From Bacteroidetes bacterium UKL13-3 (GTDB lineage: Bacteria; Bacteroidota; Bacteroidia; UKL13-3): a stretch of 64,000 nt of DNA. Below the pieces are notes generated by a model. The model ran no database searches. It was not told the origin of the DNA and saw only the letters and a program-made list of their open reading frames with translations. The position numbers and the translations under genes were made by a program. Shown piece by piece: positions 39,322 through 49,150 of the stretch; position 1 is the first letter of the stretch, and each line of letters begins with the position of its first letter. The stretch is taken from positions 1,914,223 through 1,978,222 of the forward strand of contig CP012155.1 of assembly GCA_001602415.1 (NCBI GenBank), written 5' to 3'.

Positions 39322-40321
39322 TTCCACAATCGTTGATACACTTGTTATCGGTCAGGGTTTGGCCGGCACACTCGTTTCATGGGAGTTGATGCAAAGAGGC
39401 GAAAATATTGCTGTTATAGACGAAGGACTTCCTATTACTTCAAGTAAAATAGCTGCGGGCATGTTTAATCCAATTAATACAAAACGGTTCACGGTATCGG
39501 TCAATGCAGAGGCCAATATTGAAGCCGCACTAGACGTGTATGGCTCGATGGAAAAGGAATTGGGCATTCAGTTGATTCACCGTCAAAACATTTACAATGT
39601 AATTGGCAATACCAAAGAAGGAAACGACTACACATTAAAGTTTGATCACCCCTTCTTTCAAAAGCATACAAACAGCAATCCCGTTCGCGAGCATCATATT
39701 ATACAACCGTTCGGGGCTTTTGAAGTTGAACTGAGCGGGTGGATTGATTTGCGTAAAATGCTTTCGAGCATAAGGAATTATATTTCAACCAAACATGTTC
39801 TTGTTGAGGATGTATTTGATTACAGTAGACTCTCTCATCAACACGACACTTGGGAATACAAAGATATTCGGGCGCAATCAGTCGTTTTTTGCGAAGGATA
39901 CAAGGCAAACCAAAATCCTTTTTTCTCGGATCTAAACATTATTCCTTGCAAAGGAGATGTATTGGAGTTTGAAGCTCCCGACTTACAACTTACACGCGTG
40001 GTCAAAAAAGGGATTTATATTGTTGCGTTGGGTGAAGGTAAATTCAAATGTGGCAGCTTATACAAATGGGAAAATGACAACACTGAATTACAACAAGCCG
40101 ACTATGATGAATTGAAACAAAAATTAGATTCGTTGATTGATGTACCCTATACTATAACCAAACATGAAGCAGCTGTAAGACCCACCACCAAAACACGAGA
40201 GACCTTATTTTGTAAGCATGATACATTACCCAATATGTATGTGGTTAATGGATTAGGAACAAAGGGTGTGATCAACGGTGTGAAAGTGGTTCGTCAATTA
40301 ATTGAGACACTCTACCCTTAG
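39314..40321 (+). CDS. FAD-dependent oxidoreductase (DAO/MnmC C-terminal-like)
   Basis: IGQGLAG dinucleotide motif, SSKIAAG, KGDVL, RPT, NGLGTKG; 8-nt overlap with mnmD. Confidence 0.85.
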   Translation: MDNSTIVDTLVIGQGLAGTLVSWELMQRGENIAVIDEGLPITSSKIAAGMFNPINTKRFTVSVNAEANIEAALDVYGSMEKELGIQLIHRQNIYNVIGNTKEGNDYTLKFDHPFFQKHTNSNPVREHHIIQPFGAFEVELSGWIDLRKMLSSIRNYISTKHVLVEDVFDYSRLSHQHDTWEYKDIRAQSVVFCEGYKANQNPFFSDLNIIPCKGDVLEFEAPDLQLTRVVKKGIYIVALGEGKFKCGSLYKWENDNTELQQADYDELKQKLDSLIDVPYTITKHEAAVRPTTKTRETLFCKHDTLPNMYVVNGLGTKGVINGVKVVRQLIETLYP

Positions 40322-40384
40322 TGTGTAAACCTTTGTTTTTCATTCTGTAACCAAACAGCGTTTATTTGTTTGAATATTGCACAC

Positions 40385-41374
40385 ATGATTACCTGGCAAA
40401 TCGAACAAATCAAACTCAATTTAAAATACACATGGAAGCTTTCACGTAATGCAACCGATTTTAAATTAAACAATATCATTACTGTTGGTGATGGTAAGCA
40501 TAATGGAAAAGGCGAAGTAGCTCCCAATATTCGATACAATGAAACTCCCGAATTAATGCTGAGTGAATTTGAACGATTTGCTAACGTTGCTCCCTCAACT
40601 TGCATTCATATTGAAGAATTTACCGAATTACTGGATAGCCTTAAGCTGCCCAATGCACTGCGTTTCGGAATTGAAAGTGCATACATCCATTTCCGTTGCG
40701 TACAAAGTGGTGAATCGGTTTGCGATTATTTAGGAATACAACATCCAACAATAATTGCTACTTCTTTTTCCTTACCCATTATGCCAGCCGATGAAATTGC
40801 GGCATTTTACAAGCAACATCACCTCGAACGTTTTACCCGTTTAAAACTAAAAGTTAATGCGGAATACGCCCACGACTTGCTGCAAGCATTGAGCAAAGTA
40901 ACACGTCAACCGTTAATTATTGATGCCAACGAAGGATGGAAAAATCCTGATGAGCTCCTCTCCTTTTTAAACGAACTCACACCATACAATATCGATATTA
41001 TTGAACAGCCCATGCCTGCGGGATTGGATGCTGAATATACCTATGTAAAAAAGCAATCCCCATTTTTACTAATAGCAGATGAAAGTATATGCAACCATGC
41101 CAATTTTGAACAACTCAAACACCAGTTCCACGGTATTAATATGAAACTCATGAAAGCAGGTGGTTACATAAATGGATTACGCTTGCTCAACGAAGCTGTA
41201 AAACATAATATGCATACCATGGTTGGCTGCATGATTGAAACTTCATTAGGTATTTCGTCAGCCATGAATGTGTGCGCAGGAGTTAAATTTATTGATCTTG
41301 ATGGCTTCCTCATTATAAAAGATGAACCCTTTGGAATAATTGAGGAAAATAAAGGCCAGCTTAGGGTTATTTGA
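40385..41374 (+). CDS. Dipeptide (L-Ala-D/L-Glu) epimerase, enolase superfamily
   Basis: GKGE, KLK, IDANEGW, IEQP, ADES, INMKLMKAGG, GCMIE, DLDG. Start moved to MITWQ. Confidence 0.92.
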   Translation: MITWQIEQIKLNLKYTWKLSRNATDFKLNNIITVGDGKHNGKGEVAPNIRYNETPELMLSEFERFANVAPSTCIHIEEFTELLDSLKLPNALRFGIESAYIHFRCVQSGESVCDYLGIQHPTIIATSFSLPIMPADEIAAFYKQHHLERFTRLKLKVNAEYAHDLLQALSKVTRQPLIIDANEGWKNPDELLSFLNELTPYNIDIIEQPMPAGLDAEYTYVKKQSPFLLIADESICNHANFEQLKHQFHGINMKLMKAGGYINGLRLLNEAVKHNMHTMVGCMIETSLGISSAMNVCAGVKFIDLDGFLIIKDEPFGIIEENKGQLRVI

Positions 41375-41382
41375 GATTTGAG

Positions 41383-41400
41383 TCCCGATAGCTATCGGGA
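41383..41400. repeat. REP-like perfect palindrome TCCCGATAGCTATCGGGA
   Basis: Read directly, 8 nt after the epimerase stop. Confidence 0.92.
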
Positions 41401-41660
41401 GAGATTTAAGAGGCTCAATTCAGCTTGAAACTTCACCTGACTCAACAAGGTATTCGGGATGTATCATGTTGTTCAAAGAACACTCGAAACAACCAAAAAT
41501 ACTTAACTGCTGATTAACTCAACCTGCATCAAATTAGTGCTACATTGGATTCCAATAACATTTCATGTCCGTTCGACTCATTTACACAATTACCCATTTA
41601 CCCATTTACTCCAATCTATTTATTCAACAAATTCCTATTTTTGCACAAAAATTTAGGAAC

Positions 41661-42455
41661 ATGAAATCGAATCACGAAATAGATTACCGCATATTAGGTT
41701 CAGAGATGCAATGTGTTGAGATTGAACTCGACCCTCAGGAAACTTTAATGGCGGAGCCTGGCAGTTTTATGATGATGGATAATGGTATTGACATGCAAAC
41801 ATTTTTTGGAGATGGATCGCTTCAACAAGGAGGAATCATTGGAAAATTATTTGGTGCCGGAAAACGATTGCTTACCGGTGAAAGTTTATTCATGACGGCA
41901 TACACAAACATGGCACAAGGAAAAAAACAGGTAACCTTCGCTGCGCCTTATCCCGGTAAAATTATCCCAATTGATTTGTACCACATGGGTGGAAAGATTA
42001 TTTGCCAAAAAGATTCATTTTTATGCGCGGCAAAAGGCGTGAGTATAAGTATTGAATTTCAACGCAAACTCGGAACAGGTTTATTTGGAGGCGAAGGATT
42101 TATTATGCAAAAATTGGAGGGTGACGGAATGGCTTTTGTGCATTCGGGCGGACATGTAATTGAGCGTTCGTTGCAACCGGGCGAATTATTAAAAATCGAT
42201 ACAGGCTGTTTAGTTGCTTTTTCTCAAGATGTTAATTATGATATTCAGTTTGTGGGCGGAATAAAAAACACTTTATTTGGAGGAGAAGGTGTATTTTTCG
42301 CCACATTATCAGGTCCGGGAAAGGTTTGGATTCAATCCTTACCAATAAGCAGACTTGCCAGCAGAATGCTTGCATACGCAGGCCCGATGGGACGTAAAGA
42401 AGAAGGAAGCATATTGGGCGGACTGGGAAATGTGTTGGATGGAGACCGTTGGTAA
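41661..42455 (+). CDS. TIGR00266 / AIM24 family protein
   Basis: LTGESLF, CQKDSFL, GGEGF, GGEGVF…GPGKVWIQSLP. Start moved to MKSNHE; TATTTTTG at 41636-41643. Confidence 0.93.
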   Translation: MKSNHEIDYRILGSEMQCVEIELDPQETLMAEPGSFMMMDNGIDMQTFFGDGSLQQGGIIGKLFGAGKRLLTGESLFMTAYTNMAQGKKQVTFAAPYPGKIIPIDLYHMGGKIICQKDSFLCAAKGVSISIEFQRKLGTGLFGGEGFIMQKLEGDGMAFVHSGGHVIERSLQPGELLKIDTGCLVAFSQDVNYDIQFVGGIKNTLFGGEGVFFATLSGPGKVWIQSLPISRLASRMLAYAGPMGRKEEGSILGGLGNVLDGDRW

Positions 42456-42466
42456 GTATATTTGAG

Positions 42467-42484
42467 TCCCGATAGCTATCGGGA
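42467..42484. repeat. REP-like perfect palindrome TCCCGATAGCTATCGGGA
   Basis: Read directly, 11 nt after the AIM24 stop. Confidence 0.92.
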
Positions 42485-42552
42485 AAGATTTAGGATTTAA
42501 ACATTAACATACATTTCGAATTTAATATTCGAATTTAGAATTTACAGTAGTT

Positions 42553-43260
42553 ATGGGAAGGGTATTTGAAAAACGTAAACACAAGATGTTTGCCCGTTAT
42601 GCTAAGATGAGCCGGGCGTTTACACGAATTGGTAAAGAAATTGCAATTGCCGTAAAAATGGGCGGTCCAGATCCGGATGCGAACCCGCGTTTGCGTGTAA
42701 CACTTGCAAAAGCAAAGGCTATTAACATGCCAAAGCACAATTTAGATAACGCCATTAAGCGTGCAGTAAGCAAGGAAGATGGTGATTTTGAAGAGGTGTT
42801 ATATGAAGGCAAAGGACCGCACAGTATTGGCATCATGATTGAAACGGCTACCAATAATCCTACGCGCACGGTTGCTAACCTGCGCAGCTACTTCAACAAA
42901 AAAGGAGGCGCACTGGGCGTTAAAGGTTCGATGGAGTTTTTATTTGAGCACATTGGCGAATATAAAATAGAAAAGACAGGCATTAATTTAGACGAGTTTG
43001 AATTGGAGATGATTGACCACGGTGCAGAGGAAATTAATGTTGATGATGACGCCATTTATATCACTACTTCATTCGAAGATTATGGTAGGATGCAAAAAGC
43101 ATTGGAAGATAAGGGTTGTGTAATTTTAAATGCAGCACTTACCCGCGAACCCAAAATGCCTGTTGAACTTACTGAAGAACAAGAAGAAGAAGTACACACA
43201 TTGCTCGAATTGATTGAGGATGACGATGATGTAACGGCCGTGTACACAACCATGGCATAA
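42553..43260 (+). CDS. yebC: YebC/PmpR family protein
   Basis: GGPDPDANPRLR, NMPK, YEGKGP, TNNPTRT, DDDVTAVY. Confidence 0.95.
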   Translation: MGRVFEKRKHKMFARYAKMSRAFTRIGKEIAIAVKMGGPDPDANPRLRVTLAKAKAINMPKHNLDNAIKRAVSKEDGDFEEVLYEGKGPHSIGIMIETATNNPTRTVANLRSYFNKKGGALGVKGSMEFLFEHIGEYKIEKTGINLDEFELEMIDHGAEEINVDDDAIYITTSFEDYGRMQKALEDKGCVILNAALTREPKMPVELTEEQEEEVHTLLELIEDDDDVTAVYTTMA

Positions 43261-43277
43261 CATAAAATACTGATAAT

Positions 43278-43308
43278 AAAGCCCGTTAGCATACTAGCGG
43301 GCTTTTTT
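43278..43308 (+). terminator. Intrinsic terminator after yebC
   Basis: AAAGCCCGTTAG…CTAGCGGGCTTT followed by a T-run. Confidence 0.88.
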
Positions 43309-43378
43309 GTACCTTTAATTTTAGAATTTTTTAACAAAACAACCAACCCAATGCCAATAACCTGCGTACTTACTAATA

Positions 43379-44445
43379 ACCTGAGTTCGGTTTAAGCAGC
43401 TAATGTCAATTGTTGTTCAAGTTGCTTGATAAGCTGAGGGTTTGTTTCCTCAATATCTTTTTTGATGGAAGGTTTTTTAGGAAAGAAAGAATACGCAGCA
43501 ATTGCACTCATAACATTAAGAAGAAAACCGCTGATAGAGCGATGTCTTGTATGTTCAACTTGACAAATGTTTTTTAACTCATCATTTACGGTTTCAATCA
43601 CGGACCGTTTCCTTAAAAGAAGTTTCTCTTCATTGCTCAATGCTTTAGATTTCATGTTTCTTCTTACAGCTGTAATGAGTTGTATACCGTTGCCAAAAAG
43701 CAGATCACTCAATGCTTTTGAGATATATCCCTTATCTCCAAATAGTTTTCCGAAAAGGTCTTTAGTCATATTGGTAATTGCTTTAGCATCTCTATCATCC
43801 ACATTTCCTTTGGTTAGAAAGAAAGATAATATCTCACCTTTGTCGTTTATAATCAGGTGAAGTTTAAAGCCAAAGAACCATCCCATTGATGATTTACCAA
43901 CCTCTGAAAAGCCTTTAAAAGTTTTATTACGCTTTATCCTTTTGTTGTGACAAACACGCAGTACAGTAGAATCAATAAAGCTAATGCCAGTGCACTCGCC
44001 TTTGCAACAATGATGGAGAAACAACATGAATGCAATAGCACAACGATGACTCAATTCAATAAACCTGTTATAGGAAACCAATCCGGGAAAATCTTCTCTT
44101 AAATGAACAGACACATAGTCTACATAAAAATGCTTGAAATTCCTGAATTGACCACCATGAAACGCAATCAGGAGTGTGATAATTTCAGAGTCACACATTC
44201 CGGCTTTTCTATTTCTTGTTTTAACGTTTGATGGTGCGGGTAATTGGTGTTTTGAATACAAAATTTCAAATTCATTGCAGAAATCATCAACTTTTACAAA
44301 AGTTTCTGTAATTTTATCTCGTAGCATTGGTGTGTTTTTTATGTTTTTTTGCACTACAAAATTAACACTTCCAATGCTACTAATTATTTGATTACCAAAT
44401 AATTATAAACAAAATAATCAACACTTTCTTATCCCGAACTCAGGT
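43379..44445 (-). mobile_element. IS982-family insertion sequence (about 1.07 kb)
   Basis: Perfect inverted repeats CTAATAACCTGAGTTCGG (43373-43390) and CCGAACTCAGGTTATTAG (44434-44451). Ends are placed at AC…GT following the family convention. No direct target duplication is visible. Confidence 0.9.
43392..44327 (-). CDS. IS982-family DDE transposase
   Basis: SFIDST…RVCHNKRI, GWFFGFKLHL, GDKGYIS, RKRSVIETVNDELKN, HTRHRS; frame intact. Start moved to MLRDKI. Confidence 0.95.
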   Translation of the reverse strand: MLRDKITETFVKVDDFCNEFEILYSKHQLPAPSNVKTRNRKAGMCDSEIITLLIAFHGGQFRNFKHFYVDYVSVHLREDFPGLVSYNRFIELSHRCAIAFMLFLHHCCKGECTGISFIDSTVLRVCHNKRIKRNKTFKGFSEVGKSSMGWFFGFKLHLIINDKGEILSFFLTKGNVDDRDAKAITNMTKDLFGKLFGDKGYISKALSDLLFGNGIQLITAVRRNMKSKALSNEEKLLLRKRSVIETVNDELKNICQVEHTRHRSISGFLLNVMSAIAAYSFFPKKPSIKKDIEETNPQLIKQLEQQLTLAA

Positions 44446-44446
44446 T

Positions 44447-45298
44447 ATTAGCTACCGCGAAGCCGAAGCATCCTTGGCAAATTTTGAACAAATTATCAAT
44501 ACCCCTATTGAAGTAAAACCGACCAATCCTAAACGCATCAACGAGATTGAAAAATTAGCTTTTACCAATGTTACCTTTAGGCACAAATCTGCCAATTATG
44601 ATGCATTGAGCAATATTAACTTCAGGGTTCAAAAGGGCGAAACCATTGCCTTTGTTGGCCCAAGTGGATCGGGTAAAAGTACGTTGGTTAAATTGTTGGT
44701 AGGACTTTATACACCCCAAAACGGACAGATAGACTATAACAATATTAATGCTCAAGAAATAGACAAAGATGAACTCCAACACCAACTTGGATTTGTAACG
44801 CAAGACACGCAATTATTTTCGGGCACCATAAAAGAAAACCTACTGTTTGTAAAACCCAATGCAACAGATGCTGAAATTAATGCTGCGTTGCAAAAAGCTG
44901 CATGTACCGGATTACTTGAGCGAAGTGAAAATGGTATTGATACCGTTATAGGTGAAGGAGGAATGAAATTAAGCGGTGGTGAAAAACAACGTTTGTCAAT
45001 TGCAAGAGCGCTATTGCGTAGTCCTCGTTTAATGGTTTTTGATGAAGCAACTTCGGCACTCGACTCGCTTACAGAAGAGGAAATATCAAACACCATCAAA
45101 GAAATTACCAGTAAAAAAGAACATATCACCGTTTTAATTGCCCATAGATTAAGTACCATCATGCATGCCGATAGGATTTTTGTATTGGAAAGAGGTATAA
45201 TCATCGAAACCGGAGAACACCAGCAATTACTGGACGAAAAGGGATTGTATTACGCCATGTGGCGACAACAAATTGGTGAACGTAAGAAAGTAAACTAA
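44447..45298 (+). pseudogene. 5'-truncated ABC transporter (NBD intact, transmembrane domain missing)
   Basis: The frame reads ISYREAEASLANFEQ from the IS end. Walker A GPSGSGKST, LSGGEKQR, VFDEATSALD and IAHRL are present. There is no TMD and no convincing start. Confidence 0.85.
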
Positions 45299-45618
45299 AT
45301 ATTGTCGAATCGGATTGCTGGTGAATAGCTAATTTGGTGGTAGAGTTCACCTACACCAATTTCAACTTGGATACCATAAGTTTATATCTGTAAACCATAC
45401 AAACGAAGTGATTAAGATTTAGTCTAATTATGTTTAAAGCATGATTCATTTCACTATCCCTTTAAAATTAAAATTCATAATGGATGTATCGGGTAACCCA
45501 ACTCGATGCATACAATTATTATATTTTGGGAAATGTGAATGAGCTGTTCCCAAAATTGAAAGAAAAAACATTACAGCGCATTCATGAATCTTAGTCGACC
45601 AAAAACCTTCGAAATCAT

Positions 45619-46275
45619 CTAATCAACTTCCTTAAAAAAATAGTTATCCATGTTGACATAGTATATTTGATAATTATTATTTAAACACTTTTGTAAATGC
45701 TCGTTAACCTCTTTAATTAGGTTATCAGATTGCTTCTGAACAAATAGAGAATAGAAAAGAACGATGAGATATTCCGTTCCATCATCTTTATACTCAAACT
45801 CTTTCCCATTCATATCGTTAAACGTTTTGAAAAGTTCTTCCTGAGAAAAAAGCGTATCAACCCAATTGGTATATGTTTTAGGAGGAAAAAATTCTAATTC
45901 TTGCTCCTTGTTCCAGGTCATACTTGTTAGCCCTCTAACCTCAGCAATACAATTAAAATAAGCGGCAATTGGTCTTTGAGTTGCTTTTTCAAAATAGATC
46001 ACCTGAACCGGTTGGATGTGATTTTGTGTCCACCAATATGCATGCTTATATAAGGTATCAATTTTCTTTCTTTCAATTAATTGAGCGTATTTAACCGAAT
46101 CAACCTCCAAAATATATTCGTGGTTAATTCCCCTTTTGTGTAAATAGTTTGTTAGAACCTCCTTGCTTACAGTTCTAGTTTTTTGAACCCCCATTGCCTT
46201 AAGGTATATCTTCACACAAGATGTTGAAGATATACCTACGGCCAACATAAAAAGTATAAAAATAACCCTATTCAC
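45619..46275 (-). CDS. Hypothetical lipoprotein with possible thioredoxin-like C-terminal half
   Basis: Lipobox SSTSC; QPVQVIYF…FNC…WN…FPPK; YLIVLFYS…YYVNMD. Confidence 0.75.
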   Translation of the reverse strand: MNRVIFILFMLAVGISSTSCVKIYLKAMGVQKTRTVSKEVLTNYLHKRGINHEYILEVDSVKYAQLIERKKIDTLYKHAYWWTQNHIQPVQVIYFEKATQRPIAAYFNCIAEVRGLTSMTWNKEQELEFFPPKTYTNWVDTLFSQEELFKTFNDMNGKEFEYKDDGTEYLIVLFYSLFVQKQSDNLIKEVNEHLQKCLNNNYQIYYVNMDNYFFKEVD

Positions 46276-46777
46276 CAGTTTGCGATTGATATTTGATTAC
46301 AATCCTAAAGCCTTCATTGGTTCTAACAACAGGGTAGTTACCCGCAGATAAAGCGATATTCTGAAGGCCCATATATTGAGCAACTGAATTATCCAACGGA
46401 AAGTATTCACCTTCAAACATAACATTTATAAACCAATCACTATATACACCTGGCAAAATTTTATTGTAAGGAATATTTATAGCGAGAAATTGTTCATTAA
46501 TCTTCTCTATTGTTCCTTCAAAATAATTCAAGGCTTTGACATCCTCATCAGATGATGACTTCGGTGTAACCAAACAGAACTTCCTGTCACAACAGATTTT
46601 GGTTTGTGGTGTGCCTGGAGGACAATTCTTTCGTTGACCCTTTTCAACGCCAATATTACCTGCAGTTTCCATTAAGACTTTTTTAGGTTTTACTTTTGAC
46701 TTTAACTTAATAGGATCTGATGCGTTTGCATTCGAAAAAATAAAAATAATTAATAACAATGTGACTGATTTTTTCAT
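46268..46777 (-). CDS. Hypothetical secreted protein with an N-terminal 4-Cys cluster
   Basis: Signal peptide (ANA-SD); KNCPPGTPQTKICCDRKFC; C-terminal IALSAGNYPV. Confidence 0.75.
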   Translation of the reverse strand: MKKSVTLLLIIFIFSNANASDPIKLKSKVKPKKVLMETAGNIGVEKGQRKNCPPGTPQTKICCDRKFCLVTPKSSSDEDVKALNYFEGTIEKINEQFLAINIPYNKILPGVYSDWFINVMFEGEYFPLDNSVAQYMGLQNIALSAGNYPVVRTNEGFRIVIKYQSQTGE

Positions 46778-46872
46778 ATACTATTCATATTTAAAAACAA
46801 CAAACTTCAAGACGGGCTTATTCTCTAATAAATCTTTTCTTCTGTTTAGAGTGTAGGAACTTAAAGATTGAT

Positions 46873-47310
46873 TTAGTATCTGAGATACTTATCTATTTTA
46901 CTGATATTATATGCATCAAATTGAACAATAGAGTCAACATTATTATTGGATGTAAAAACTATGTGAACAAACTTCATGTTTACACCTAAATATTTGTATG
47001 AATTTTTTGTCGAATCTAAAACAATAGATTTCGAACTAAAAATTTTGTTCAAGCTATTCCCCCTGTATGATGAGAGATAAATAGTAACGTTCTCTCTGAG
47101 AATCCGTTCATTTATTTTAACTATGAACTCATTAGAACAAGAGCAGCCCATATCAGGAATAATAATATATTTTCCCGGATTCTTATTTAGTAGTGGAAGA
47201 CCAATTGATAGTAGATACCTGTTAAAATTATCAGTTAAATTAATTTGATAGAAAAACAATGAGAATGTTAAGTAGTATGCGATATTGTTGCGTTTACTCA
47301 GAAAAAACAT
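46873..47310 (-). CDS. Hypothetical protein, degenerate thioredoxin-like (IIIPDMGCSC)
   Basis: 145-aa ORF overlapping the stop of the DUF4221-like gene; resembles the small partners seen next to such genes (recognition only). Confidence 0.6.
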   Translation of the reverse strand: MFFLSKRNNIAYYLTFSLFFYQINLTDNFNRYLLSIGLPLLNKNPGKYIIIPDMGCSCSNEFIVKINERILRENVTIYLSSYRGNSLNKIFSSKSIVLDSTKNSYKYLGVNMKFVHIVFTSNNNVDSIVQFDAYNISKIDKYLRY

Positions 47311-48457
47311 ATTGTTGAAAATTTAACTTGCCATTTTGTAAATTCTTGAGAACCATGAAACCTCTCTCTACGGGAAAAACACAACTAAAATCCAAATATT
47401 TATCATTGATATCTATCTCTTTAACCACATTTAATTCTCGATTCAAAATTATTATGGAATACTCTCTTTCTAAATCAGAATTGTAAGTCCCATCTGAGGA
47501 AATAACATTGATTGATTTGGCGACAAAAACATAGTAATTTGTAGCTTGCCTGTCTCTTATAATTTTCTTGTAGAATCCATTTTCTAAATATACTTTCTTT
47601 TGATATTTATCATCATACCATTTACTAATATCAAACGAATACCTAGATGGGGATACATTCAAACTTCTTATTGGTTTAATAGCAATTAATTTATTTGTAA
47701 GATACATGTATATTTCTTCAGAAATTGGAGAAATAAATATCGTTGTATCTTGCCAACCATCCATGGAAGAATAAGCAGCATGAAAATGTTGCATATAATT
47801 CTTTTGGTAAAAAGAAGGATATTGACCAATCGTATTCTCTATCTTCATGTCTGATAAGTCTAAAATCCAACCTATATTATTTGCCTTGAATTTATCATTA
47901 TAGTTCTTCGCAATAGTAATATCTATCTTTTGAATCCTATTGTACGAGGAAAGATAAACTCGATTATTGCTGATAAAGAAAGGAGAGACGGTTTGGCTTC
48001 TTATGTCGCAATCTTTTTTATAACCATCAATCCTGTGTAAATCAATATTAGAAATGACTTTTGCAGTAGAATCAACTAGTATAAGATTATTCACATATGA
48101 AGTTTGTAAAAAAATCGAGTCAAAGTTTAGAACATAAAAACCAAAAATTGGAAAAGAATCTCCCAACTCTTTTCCATAATCTATTCTCATGAAAAAGTTA
48201 CCGTTATCATAATTGTAAAACTCGAGTGATTTTTTAGCTTTAACATTCAGTACAATGAAATGCCGTCCGGATTTATCCTCAAAAAACTGAGGTTGATAAA
48301 ATGTTCTGTCTGTTGGAGTTCCCGATAGGGTATTTAATGATAAAGCTCGCGCTTGATGGAGTGATTGTCCAGAGGAAAAAACACAAACAAGTATGTTTGC
48401 CAATAGCAGGCAAACATACTTAGAATAGGACTTACCTCTAATAAACTGGACCATCAT
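47294..48457 (-). CDS. DUF4221-like beta-propeller protein
   Basis: 'SLEFYNYDNG…FGFYVLNFDSIFL' pattern, IIRD…YYVF, IIILNRELNVVKE. Start moved to the ATG at 48457. Confidence 0.65.
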   Translation of the reverse strand: MMVQFIRGKSYSKYVCLLLANILVCVFSSGQSLHQARALSLNTLSGTPTDRTFYQPQFFEDKSGRHFIVLNVKAKKSLEFYNYDNGNFFMRIDYGKELGDSFPIFGFYVLNFDSIFLQTSYVNNLILVDSTAKVISNIDLHRIDGYKKDCDIRSQTVSPFFISNNRVYLSSYNRIQKIDITIAKNYNDKFKANNIGWILDLSDMKIENTIGQYPSFYQKNYMQHFHAAYSSMDGWQDTTIFISPISEEIYMYLTNKLIAIKPIRSLNVSPSRYSFDISKWYDDKYQKKVYLENGFYKKIIRDRQATNYYVFVAKSINVISSDGTYNSDLEREYSIIILNRELNVVKEIDINDKYLDFSCVFPVERGFMVLKNLQNGKLNFQQYVFSE

Positions 48458-49025
48458 GAGGGTCGGCAGAACCATAATATACAATATGATATGTGTTGTT
48501 ATTATTAATTATTGTAGTCACTTTATTCACTATGTCACTTAAAGGCTGAGCATCTAATGGATACAAGTTAAGACCATTTCCGTTAATAAAAAAATCATCC
48601 ACTTTATTATTGGCTATTGCAACGTCCAACTCGTTTTTCCATTGATCCAATTGATCTTGTGTAACACCATCCAAAGCCTCAAACTTTAGATATCCCCCAG
48701 GCTTATCATCTTTTATGATTACATCTGGAAAGCAATTCCCTTCACAATCATCGCAAGGATCATCAAGATTACAAGGTGTTTGAAGCATTTTCAAACCTGA
48801 TCCCGAAGTGTATCGAAACCCATCTCCTATAACAGGGTTTCCCTCGTGAATATTACAATTAATTGCCGAGCAAGACTCTTGAGAAAGTGCTGAGTTTGCA
48901 GAAGAAACTGAACTTATTTGTGTTTTGTTTGAACTAGGAGAATAATCGGTTTCTTCATTCGACTTGCTACAAGAAAAAAGAAGTCCTGCCAAAGTTAAGG
49001 TTAGAATTAAATTTTGATTTTTCAT
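48438..49025 (-). CDS. Cys-rich hypothetical lipoprotein
   Basis: Start moved to MKNQN; lipobox LLFSC; Ser-rich linker; six further Cys. Confidence 0.8.
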   Translation of the reverse strand: MKNQNLILTLTLAGLLFSCSKSNEETDYSPSSNKTQISSVSSANSALSQESCSAINCNIHEGNPVIGDGFRYTSGSGLKMLQTPCNLDDPCDDCEGNCFPDVIIKDDKPGGYLKFEALDGVTQDQLDQWKNELDVAIANNKVDDFFINGNGLNLYPLDAQPLSDIVNKVTTIINNNNTYHIVYYGSADPHDGPVY

Positions 49026-49078
49026 ACGATAATGAATTAGTGTTGAATTATTTTGATAATTATAAATTTGAAGCATTA

Positions 49079-49102
49079 AAATTAACTGTGCACCGTTAAT
49101 TT
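49079..49102. promoter_or_regulatory. 24-bp dyad AAATTAAC-t-GTGCAC-c-GTTAATTT
   Basis: 11 of 12 symmetric pairs match; lies in the divergent promoter region. Confidence 0.55.
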
Positions 49103-49150
49103 CATAAAGCAATTCAAAGATTGGCAATGCTACTAGCGAATACAATCCCT

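Noticed and set aside
687-42484. Palindrome copies as CRISPR repeats or terminators
   Set aside because: They are isolated, kilobases apart, and lack both spacers and U-tracts.
45300-45610. Short plus-strand frames between the ABC fragment and the island (for example MYRVTQLDAY…, 36 aa)
   Set aside because: No motif or clear initiation context; may be decayed sequence.
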